Shown here: piece by piece, positions 9,920-18,800 of the stretch
Layout: the number at the start of each line of letters is the position of its first letter
Position numbering within the stretch: the first letter of the stretch is position 1
Source: an uncultured Clostridia bacterium
Lineage (GTDB): Bacteria > Bacillota > Clostridia > Christensenellales > UBA1242
Reading direction: 5' to 3'
Length of the DNA stretch: 64,000 nt
NCBI GenBank assembly: GCA_944377315.1
Contig: CALWEM010000027.1
Coordinates: 9,934 to 73,933 of the forward strand
Position numbers and translations under genes: made by a program
The notes under the pieces: generated by a model
Told to the model about the DNA's origin: nothing
Seen by the model: only the letters and a program-made list of their open reading frames with translations
Databases searched by the model: none

Positions 9920-11374
9920 CTATTTCATCAATGGGAAAAGAACGGTGTCACGAATATTGTCAGTGTCAAAAATAAACATCAAAAATCTGTCAATACCAAA
10001 GCCGAGCCCAGAGATTGGTGGCATACCGTGTTCCATTGCAAGAAGGAAATCTTCATCGACATCCATTGTTTCTTCATCACCTTGAGCCTTTTCTTTGAGT
10101 TGGTCTTCAAGGGTTTTTCTTTGAGTTATTGGATTCACAAGTTCGGAATATGCCTTCACAAGTTCTGCTCCACCAGCAACAATTTGGAAGACATCAATAA
10201 TCCTGTCGTCCTTGTCATTGCGTCTTGCGAGTGGAATCAAAACTGCTGGATAGTTATATAAAATTGTTGGATTCACAATATCAGCGCGAATTTTTCTTTT
10301 GTAAATATAGTCCACCAAAGTTCTCACGGTTTTGCATTCTTCAAGTTCAGCGAGTGAGAAAAGTTTTTTGTCAACAACAATTTTCTTCAATTCGTCAACA
10401 TCATCAATTGAAAGAAAATCACAACCCAAAATTTCACGCATTTTGGCAACATAGTCAATTCTCTCCCAATCTGAATCAAATTCCACTTCTTTGCCTTGAT
10501 AATTAATTTTTGTTGTGCCCAAACAACTTTTAAGCATTTTCACCACAAAATCTTTGAAAAATTTGAGATTGTCTTCAAAATTCCAATATGATGCATACCA
10601 TTCAACTTGTGTGAATTCTTGAAGATGCGATGGGTCCATACCTTCATTACGGAAATCCTTGCCCAGTTCAAAAACTCTGTCAATTCCAGCACCAATGCAT
10701 TGTTTCAAATAGCACTCTGTGGCAATGCGAAGATTACACTCAATGTCAAGAGCGTTATGATGAGTGAAAAATGGTTTTGCACTTGCACCTGAAATACTTG
10801 TTTGAAGAATTGGTGTTTCCACTTCAATGAAACCATTATCTTCAAGATATCGGCGAATGAAAGAAACCATCTTACTTCTCGTCAAAAAGATTTTTCGGCT
10901 GTCTTCATTTGTGATAAGGTCAAGATAGCGTTGGCGATATTTGATTTCCGTGTCTTGCACGCCGTGGAATTTTTCTGGAAGTGGACGAAGGGTTTTGGAA
11001 AGAAGAGTCACCTTTTCTGCTTTCACAGTCACTTCCCCGGTTTGGGTTTGATAAACTTCACCTTCAACGCCAATAAAATCACCAAGGTCAATCATTTTTT
11101 TATAAAAATTATAGTCTTCTTCAGAAAGTTCATTTCTGCCAACAGAAATTTGAATATGCGAAAAAACATCGCGAATTTGGCAAAAACCGAATTTTCCCAT
11201 AACGCGACGAAAAACCATACGCCCGGCAATCTTGACTTTTTCACCAAGTTTTGAGCGTGCTTCTTCAATTGTGCAAGTTCTTTCAAACTTTTCTTTATAT
11301 GGAATTTCCCCCATTTTCAAAAGTTCTTCAATCTTTTGTTTTCTGACATCAAATTCGGTTGATAATTGTTCCAT
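9920..11374 (-). CDS. lysS: Lysine--tRNA ligase, class II
   Basis: 484 aa with an OB-fold N-domain and class II motifs (FRNEG, GGLGIDR-like GLGFGIDR). Confidence 0.96.
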   Translation of the reverse strand: MEQLSTEFDVRKQKIEELLKMGEIPYKEKFERTCTIEEARSKLGEKVKIAGRMVFRRVMGKFGFCQIRDVFSHIQISVGRNELSEEDYNFYKKMIDLGDFIGVEGEVYQTQTGEVTVKAEKVTLLSKTLRPLPEKFHGVQDTEIKYRQRYLDLITNEDSRKIFLTRSKMVSFIRRYLEDNGFIEVETPILQTSISGASAKPFFTHHNALDIECNLRIATECYLKQCIGAGIDRVFELGKDFRNEGMDPSHLQEFTQVEWYASYWNFEDNLKFFKDFVVKMLKSCLGTTKINYQGKEVEFDSDWERIDYVAKMREILGCDFLSIDDVDELKKIVVDKKLFSLAELEECKTVRTLVDYIYKRKIRADIVNPTILYNYPAVLIPLARRNDKDDRIIDVFQIVAGGAELVKAYSELVNPITQRKTLEDQLKEKAQGDEETMDVDEDFLLAMEHGMPPISGLGFGIDRFLMFIFDTDNIRDTVLFPLMK

Positions 11375-11522
11375 TTTAGCCCCCTAGGTATATTAGAATA
11401 AAATATTCTTATTAAGAATAACACAAAAATAAACATCTGTCAAATGTTTTGAAAAATCTGTTGTTTTAACTTGCCTAAAAGATTTAGAAGTGGTAAAATT
11501 ATGAAGATTAAAGGAGAAAAAT

Positions 11523-12257
11523 ATGGTGAGAAAAACAGTTATAATAACCGGTGCATCTGGAGATATTGGAAAAGGAATCGCCGAAAAATTTGCCAGCGAG
11601 AAATATAACCTTGCACTTTGCTCAAACGCTCATAATGTTCAATATGATGATGAATTAAAAGAAAAATATGGCGTGGAAATAAGAAACTATAAAATGGACA
11701 TTGCAGACTTCTCACAAGTGGAGAGTGTGTTTGAAAAAATATTCAAAGATTTTGAAAGTGTGGAAGTTCTTGTCGCAAACGCTGGCATAAGCCAAAAGCG
11801 AAAACTCATTATCGATGTCAAAAATGAAGAAATTGATGACCTTGTTGATGTCAATTTGAAAGGCACAATCACCTGCACACGCGAATTTGTCAAAAAGAGA
11901 ATGGATAAAGGTGGAAAAATTGTCCTTATGAGTTCTTTTGTTGCAAACTATGGCTGTGCGTGCGAAAGTGTGTATAGTGCCACAAAAGGCGGACTTAACG
12001 CCTTCACAAAATCCTTGGCAAACGAACTTGGAAATTTTGAGTTTACTGTCAATGCCGTCTGTCCCGGTTTTATTGACACAAAAATGAACAATAACCTTTC
12101 TCCTGCCGAGAAAGAAGATATTGAAAGTATGACCCCACTTCAACGCCTTGGCAGTGTGGAAGATGTGGCGGAAGCGGTATTCTTCCTTTCAAGTGACAGC
12201 GGAAATTTCATCACCGGTCAAATGATTAATGTGGATGGCGGATATATACCATTATGA
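11523..12257 (+). CDS. SDR family oxidoreductase (FabG-like 3-oxoacyl-ACP reductase)
   Basis: TGASGDIG, NAG and YSATKGG motifs; GGAG RBS. Confidence 0.85.
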   Translation: MVRKTVIITGASGDIGKGIAEKFASEKYNLALCSNAHNVQYDDELKEKYGVEIRNYKMDIADFSQVESVFEKIFKDFESVEVLVANAGISQKRKLIIDVKNEEIDDLVDVNLKGTITCTREFVKKRMDKGGKIVLMSSFVANYGCACESVYSATKGGLNAFTKSLANELGNFEFTVNAVCPGFIDTKMNNNLSPAEKEDIESMTPLQRLGSVEDVAEAVFFLSSDSGNFITGQMINVDGGYIPL

Positions 12258-12315
12258 TGACAAAAAATCAAATAATTGACAATATTTCGCAATAAAATTT
12301 GCAGTTAGACAAAGT

Positions 12316-12366
12316 AAAAAAATGGTTTAAAATTAACACAAAGTTAAAATCAAACCATTTTTTTTA
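12316..12366. terminator. Bidirectional hairpin terminator
   Basis: An A run, then AATGGTTT...AAACCATT, then a T run; between the SDR gene and the minus-strand remnant. Confidence 0.5.
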
Positions 12367-12522
12367 TTCAACACAAACAAATTCACTAACTTCGATTGAC
12401 AATCTCATTCCAAGAGTGGATGGCGGACGCTGATAAACAAGATTGCCACTTGTTGTGTATGTCTTGATGTTGTTGAGATTATTGCCTAAATCGCGAGTGT
12501 AATAAAATAAATCATCACCCGC
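12364..12522 (-). pseudogene. C-terminal remnant of a fourth giant-surface-protein paralog
   Basis: Start-less frame translating GDDLFYYTRDLGNNLNNIKTYTTSGNLVYQRPPSTLGMRLSIEVSEFVCVE*. It aligns with the last ~50 aa of the 38588..42064 protein (LLYYTRDVGSNLGN...LGVRITVCVETFVCLE*). Confidence 0.75.
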
Positions 12523-13153
12523 TGTCAGAACATTTTTTCAAAACAAAAGAATAGGCTTTGATTTTTTGTTGCAAAAGTTTATGATTTGGACAATATTTTT
12601 CCACTTCTTTCCAAAATTGCGGTTTGTGATTCATATGTTTTGTGTGGCAAAGTTCGTGAATAATGACATAATCGATAATCTCTTCCGGCAAAATGATAAG
12701 TTTGTAATTTAAGCGAATTTCAGCATTACTGGTGCAACTTCCCCATTTGCAAGTAGACGTGCAAGAGCGAACATCTTTGAATGTTATGCCAAACTTTTTG
12801 CCAAATTCTTGTGTTTTTTCTTTCAACAAATCAAACATTGAAAGATATTGCTGTTTGATGATTTTGTTCTTCTTTGTTGAAGTAAACTTGTTGAAGTCAA
12901 TACTCAAATTTTCAGTCTTAAGAATTGGCTTCCCAAATTTATATATGTATTTTGAAAAGTCAAAATTATTGGCAAATTCCTTCAGCTCTTCCATTTTCTT
13001 GACTTTGTTTTTCACCCATTTTTCCTTGGACGAAATAAAGTTTTGAATTTTGTCGTCACCAAGTTTTTGTGGTGCTTTCACCAAAATTTCATTTGTTGAA
13101 ACAATTTTGAGAAGAAGAGTCTTTCGTTTTTCTTTCACAATTTTGATTTTCAC
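12515..13153 (-). CDS. YgjP/DUF45-type metal-dependent hydrolase (M48-like)
   Basis: 212 aa with HELCHTKHMNH zinc motif. Confidence 0.8.
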   Translation of the reverse strand: MKIKIVKEKRKTLLLKIVSTNEILVKAPQKLGDDKIQNFISSKEKWVKNKVKKMEELKEFANNFDFSKYIYKFGKPILKTENLSIDFNKFTSTKKNKIIKQQYLSMFDLLKEKTQEFGKKFGITFKDVRSCTSTCKWGSCTSNAEIRLNYKLIILPEEIIDYVIIHELCHTKHMNHKPQFWKEVEKYCPNHKLLQQKIKAYSFVLKKCSDSG

Positions 13154-13233
13154 AATTTCATAATATCACTTAAAAAATCAAATGTCAAATGAATTTTGGC
13201 ATTTTTAGATATTTTTCACTTTCCACTGTTGGT

Positions 13234-13290
13234 CACAATATATTGTTTTAAAATATGCATACCACACAATATGTTGTTGTGTTATGCAAT
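13234..13290. repeat. TATGCA motif element, permuted copy d
   Basis: CACAATATATTG...ATATGCATACCACACAATATGTTGTTGTGTTATGCAAT in the divergent region between the hydrolase and the PadR gene. The half-sites are in swapped order. Confidence 0.6.
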
Positions 13291-13380
13291 CAAAAGTTTT
13301 TTGCATAATACTGTGAAATTTGTTTGACATTTATTATTTTTAGTTTTATAATTTATTTATAAGAGAGTAGGAGGAGTTTT

Positions 13381-14973
13381 ATGGCGTTTAATTCAAATGG
13401 TCAAGTGCAATATCTCATTCTTGACTCCTTGCAAGAAAGTTCAAAATATGGTTTGGAAATTATTGAATATATCTCCAAAAAAACAAATGGTGGTTACATA
13501 CTCAAAAAGCCAACTTTGTATTCTTGCTTGACTCGCCTTGAAAAGAAAGGGCTTGTGTCTTCTTCCTTTTGGGGTGAAAGCGAATTTGGTGGCAAGCGTC
13601 ATTATTATGCTCTCACTGACGCTGGCAAGGAAAGTTTGAAAATGCTGGCAAAAGAATTTGAAAATGTCACCTTCACTTCTGACGAAAACAATGAAGTGGA
13701 AATCGAAGAAAAAGAAGACAAGCCAGTTTTCCTTGAACAAAAAAACTTGTTTGATTTTGACACGCCAAAAAGTGAAACAGCACCTATCAAAGAAGAGAAG
13801 GTAGAAAAGGAAGATATTGCTGAAAATCAAATTGATTTTTTCTCCTTCGAGCCACCAAAAGAAGTTAAGGACGATGCTGTTTTTCTGTCGGAAGATGAAA
13901 CTTTGCTCCCAAAGAAAGAAACTTTGACGCAATCGCAGATTGAGCAAAACAAAAAAATATATGACACATCAAGCGAACTGAAGAAGTATCGCAATCGAAA
14001 AAGTTTCTCCGACAATCAAATCGGAATGCCGATGGAATATGAAGAAAAAGAGTCGGAAGAAGATTTCAAGTCAAAAATTGAAAGTTTGAAGCAATCAATT
14101 TTGCAAACAAAACAAAACAATTTTGACAAAAATGCATACGCCAATCTTTTCAAGCGTGATGAGCCAAAAGAAGAAGAGAAAAAGGAAATTATCACCGAAA
14201 AGGTCGAGCCGGTGAAAGATGATGCCGTTTTGATTACTTCGCCAAAATTTGACGAAGATAATATTCCATATCAAAAACGAATCACCCCGCCAAATCTTGA
14301 TATCAATGTTTCGGACGACAATCTCCCAGCGCCTATTCGTGATGCAAACTTGGAACCGACCTACACTGATATGATGAGCAAAATCCAAGAAAAAAAGAAA
14401 GAAAAGGAAATTTTGAAGCAAGAAGAACCGGTTGAAACCGAAATCATCAAAGAAGTGTCACGAAACGCCACTTTTGCTGACTATAACTCCCTCAAGGAAT
14501 ATTACAAAAACTATGGCATTGAGTTTAAGGAATACAAAAAATCTTCAGTCGAGAGAGCCCACAACACAAACCTTCTCAATCTTATCGTTTCTGCAATTTT
14601 GTTGCTTTTCGCTGGCATTGGTTCGGCAGTTATTTTTGGAATAGTTAGTGCCACAAACTTGCTTATGCCGTCATCGAATTTCTTATACTACACAATCCCT
14701 GCCCTTTTTGCGGTTTATCTTGTTTTCTGCGGAATCAAGTTCAAAGTGATGGCAAGTCGCAAAGCATCAATTCGATATAACGCTGTCACCTGTTGGGCGG
14801 TCTTCATTTTGGCAACAGTTGTCGTTTTTGTCATCAATGTTTGCTGTGGAATGCAAGCGGAAACAATGCAAAACTATCTCACTTCACTCCTTGTTCCAAT
14901 TTGGGCAATTTTCCTTATTCTGCCATTCAACTTCCACATCACAAAATTTACTTACAAAAAATTTGCAAAATAA
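13381..14973 (+). CDS. PadR-family winged-helix regulator fused to an E/K-rich linker and a C-terminal 4-TM domain
   Basis: N-terminus YLILDSLQESSKYGLEIIEYI...LYSCLTRLEKKGLV is PadR-like. The last ~130 aa contain four hydrophobic helices. Confidence 0.8.
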   Translation: MAFNSNGQVQYLILDSLQESSKYGLEIIEYISKKTNGGYILKKPTLYSCLTRLEKKGLVSSSFWGESEFGGKRHYYALTDAGKESLKMLAKEFENVTFTSDENNEVEIEEKEDKPVFLEQKNLFDFDTPKSETAPIKEEKVEKEDIAENQIDFFSFEPPKEVKDDAVFLSEDETLLPKKETLTQSQIEQNKKIYDTSSELKKYRNRKSFSDNQIGMPMEYEEKESEEDFKSKIESLKQSILQTKQNNFDKNAYANLFKRDEPKEEEKKEIITEKVEPVKDDAVLITSPKFDEDNIPYQKRITPPNLDINVSDDNLPAPIRDANLEPTYTDMMSKIQEKKKEKEILKQEEPVETEIIKEVSRNATFADYNSLKEYYKNYGIEFKEYKKSSVERAHNTNLLNLIVSAILLLFAGIGSAVIFGIVSATNLLMPSSNFLYYTIPALFAVYLVFCGIKFKVMASRKASIRYNAVTCWAVFILATVVVFVINVCCGMQAETMQNYLTSLLVPIWAIFLILPFNFHITKFTYKKFAK

Positions 14974-15098
14974 AAGAGATTTTCGCATAATCTTCTGCAG
15001 TTTGCATAAAATAAAAACAAGTCAACAGAACTTGTTGACCTATATAGGAAAAGAGATTTTTAATTCATTGTAATCATCTAATCTCTTTTCTTTTTTTA

Positions 15099-15743
15099 TC
15101 ACTTTTCAAAATCGAAATTGCAAACATCATCTTCGTGTATTTCCAGCACTTTTTTATTATGTCGCTTTTTTATTAATGTGAAAACCAAATCAAAGAGAAG
15201 GAACAAAACAACAAGCACGAGCGAAAACAGCAAAATATAACCGACAGAATTTTCAAATATCGTGCAAAGAAGGAAAACAACAAGACAAGATATCAATTCG
15301 CCAATCGCGATAGCAACAAAGGATTGCCAAATTTTGAGATTGCTTAACCCTGCAAGCAAACTGCCTGTGTAAACACCCGTAAGAGGCAATGGCACAGCAA
15401 CAAAAAATGCCAGAAGTGAAAGTTTATAGAAATTTCCACTCTTTCCGCCCAATATTGCCAATTTTTTATGATATTTTTCCTTGACGCGTGACAAAAATTT
15501 GTCTTGCACAAAACCGCTTGTTTTTTTCTTTATTTTGCGAACCACAAGAAGCACCAAGATGCACGGCAACATACTGCCAAAATAAGCACAAAGAAAAGAG
15601 AGAAATGGTGACAGTGTTGCATCTCCCCAAACAGCATATGAAAGCCCCAATGGAAGAGCAATCTTGCTTTCCAAAGTTGGTGTCATTGCCACCAAAATGA
15701 CAGCCAAAAAAACAGGAAAATTGTCAACGATAAATTCTAACAT
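15099..15743 (-). CDS. Polytopic membrane protein, possibly small multidrug export family (COG2426-like)
   Basis: 214 aa with 5-6 TM helices; the family assignment is by eye only. Confidence 0.45.
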   Translation of the reverse strand: MLEFIVDNFPVFLAVILVAMTPTLESKIALPLGLSYAVWGDATLSPFLSFLCAYFGSMLPCILVLLVVRKIKKKTSGFVQDKFLSRVKEKYHKKLAILGGKSGNFYKLSLLAFFVAVPLPLTGVYTGSLLAGLSNLKIWQSFVAIAIGELISCLVVFLLCTIFENSVGYILLFSLVLVVLFLLFDLVFTLIKKRHNKKVLEIHEDDVCNFDFEK

Positions 15744-15794
15744 ACTTCATTTTATTCAAAATTTTTGAAAATATGTCTTGATTTATATAAATAA

Positions 15795-15819
15795 TGAAAA
15801 ATGCAAGCAAACGCTTGCA
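15795..15819 (-). terminator. Rho-independent terminator of the 1625-aa surface protein gene
   Basis: Minus strand TGCAAGC-GTT-TGCTTGCA followed by TTTTT. Confidence 0.7.
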
Positions 15820-15836
15820 CTCTCATTTTTGAACAA

Positions 15837-18800
15837 TTACCAATTAAATTTTTCATTGCAATCATCGCAACTTGAAGGGTCAAACACATTGTCAGCTGAT
15901 GAAGAATGACAACAAGTTAATGTTGTTTCATTGCTTCCGCCATTGAATGTGTAACTTGTGGTGTAGCAATAACTGATTGACGCATTTTCAACAAACCCCA
16001 CAAAACCAGCAATCATTCTCGCTGACTCATCAAGTGTTTGGTCAGTTTCCAAATCGCCAGTTTCATCGCCAGTTTCATCGCCAGTTTCATTTTGTGTTTC
16101 AGGCAAATATTCTTTTCCAATAATTTCTGAACGCGAACTTGAGACAGTCACATTTCCGCCTTCAATATAACCTGCAAATCCAGCAATATAGTATGGCAAA
16201 TTTTTTGTCGAATAAGCAATATGGATACCACTATCACTTGAATTTGAATTATTTGTGAAATCATTACCAGGCACTCCACTAGACACTTCGAATTTGTATG
16301 TCAAATTATTATTGTATGCGTCCAAGTTATATCTCAACAATAATTCCTTGTTATATCCAACATCACCACTACTTGCATCACCACTACTTACAGGCTTAAT
16401 TACTACGGTTGGTTGAGTGGTCGTTGTTTGTTGTGTGTCTTCACCATCTCCATTGTTTTCACCGCCTTCTTCACAAATGACAAAAATGTGATTTTCTGTG
16501 AATCCATTTTTATTGTAATTCACACTGCAACTATAATTATTCACATTTTTAAAAGTGGAATTAACTGCGTTCCCAACAACACCGCCAACCTTGCTGAACC
16601 CCGACACTGAACCACTGACCAAGTTGAGATTTTTTATGGTCGCGCCGTTAACACAGCCAAAAAGACCGATATTTTCCAAATTTTCAGCGGAAATACTCAA
16701 ATCGTATATTGAATAATATTGTCCGTCATAAATCCCATCAAAAGGAATTAGTTTTGTGCCAATAGGGACAAATTCTTTTGTTAGATATATGTCACAGGTT
16801 TGTTTGAATCTCATATTTTTAATATTATATCCTTCACCGCCATCAGTTTTTGTTTGCATCAATTGCATTGCCAGCCAATATAAATTTTCTTCACTCTTGA
16901 TTTCATAATAACCATTTTTGAATTCAGGCACACAAACAGTATAATTTCCTATTTCCATATAATTAGCCGTAAAAGTAAGAGTTATTTCTTGCTCATTTGA
17001 TGCAATGTCGTTAATAAGTTGGAAATCAAATTTTTCTCTATAAGTTAAAACTGGGTCCTTGTTTGAATCTGTGTCATCAGTTAAAACTGTGACATTGCTT
17101 GAATCTGTGTCATTGCTTGAAACTGTGATTTTATAACTTACACTTCCCAATTTGTGAAAGGAAATCTGGGTTTCATTACTACCATTACTATTTTCAACAT
17201 ATGCGTAACCCAAAAAATCAAAACTGATATGAGAATACGACTTAACAATAAAGGTTTTATTGCCTGTGCTTTCATCACCATTATTGACATTATTATTATA
17301 ATTCTCTCCATTAATATTGATTGAACCAACCAAACCGACACCACCGTCAGTCGTAAATTCCAACTTAATTGTTTTCAATGAGTAATAGGAAAGAAGATAG
17401 GCGGTTTTTTCTGTTCCATATATTATTATCGAATTTTCATCAGATTTAGTTCCACCATTTATAAGATAAATAAGTGGAGTTGAATCTGTCTTGCTATCTT
17501 CAATTTTGCTATTAATTGAGTCAACACTTATACTTTCATCAATTTCGTCACTTTTTGCAAAAACAAACTGATCTGATGAATCTCCATTTGCATAATAACC
17601 CTTTTGAGGAGTTTTGGTTATGTTCACAATATCTGTCAATTTTTTTTCAACATAATCGTCAAGACTTGAATTTATCTCATACTCATTCTCGCATCGCTTA
17701 CTATCATCAACCGAATCGCCATATTCAAACTTATTTGGCAAGAACACTCGAATGACGATTGTTTTGTTAGTTTCATCAATATAGGCATAAAACATTGAAA
17801 TCTCTTCATTATCAGTTACATTATCACTTTTGACTGCTATAATTGTTTCTCCGCCCAAATCATCTTTCGTATAACAATTAGAAGTCTTCACAGAAGCATC
17901 GTATATATCAACGATTTTAAAGGTGTAAGTCATAATTTTGCCACCAAAACTGTCATCTTTGTTGTCAGGATTTTCATAGCCCGGATCTACACTCTTTAGA
18001 TATTCTTTATCAACACTGATTGGAAATTTTTTGATGGTAACATTGATTTCACAATCATATTTATAATTGTCATTAAATAGTTTTTCAAGGTTCAATGAAA
18101 AATCTGTAACTTTTGTATTCTTGTCTAGAGTATAATAGAAAATTTGATTTCCACTTATACCCACTGGTGCATTAGAAAAAGTAATATCCACATAATTTTG
18201 ACCATCCATAGGGAAATTAGTTCCACCACCCCAATAGAAAGAAGCTTCATTATCTTTCCCTTTGTTCAAAAGTGATACCCCGTCAGTCTTAATATCACAC
18301 ACAAAATATGAATAATAAACTTCAAAGAAGTCGGCTTGCGTGTCGCTATCAGGAATTAAACTGACTTCTGGTATTGATACTTTCTTCTTTTCTCCTTCAA
18401 TATTTTCCCACAAATCTAGATTTCCATTGTTACTGGTTCTTGCATACTGCCTACTTTCATAGCCATAAGTTACAAACTTTGTTGTATTATTTTCTCCATC
18501 CACTCCATCCACAATTGTTGTCAAATTGGTGGTGATTTTATATTGATAACGCGAGAACAAAAGAATAAATTTATTTTCATTAAAAGGTGTTGTATTAAAG
18601 TAGCTAAAATCAATTGTGTAAGTCATTGTCGCATCACTATTAATACTACTATGATTAAAGACTCCACTTCCTTCATATAAAACATCAACAATTTTGTTTC
18701 CGTCTATTTTGTTTCCGACTATATTATCTTCTCTAAACACTCCAAAAAGTTCATAATTTTCATTCATTTTAATCGTCAGAACAATTTTCGAATTTGCTGA

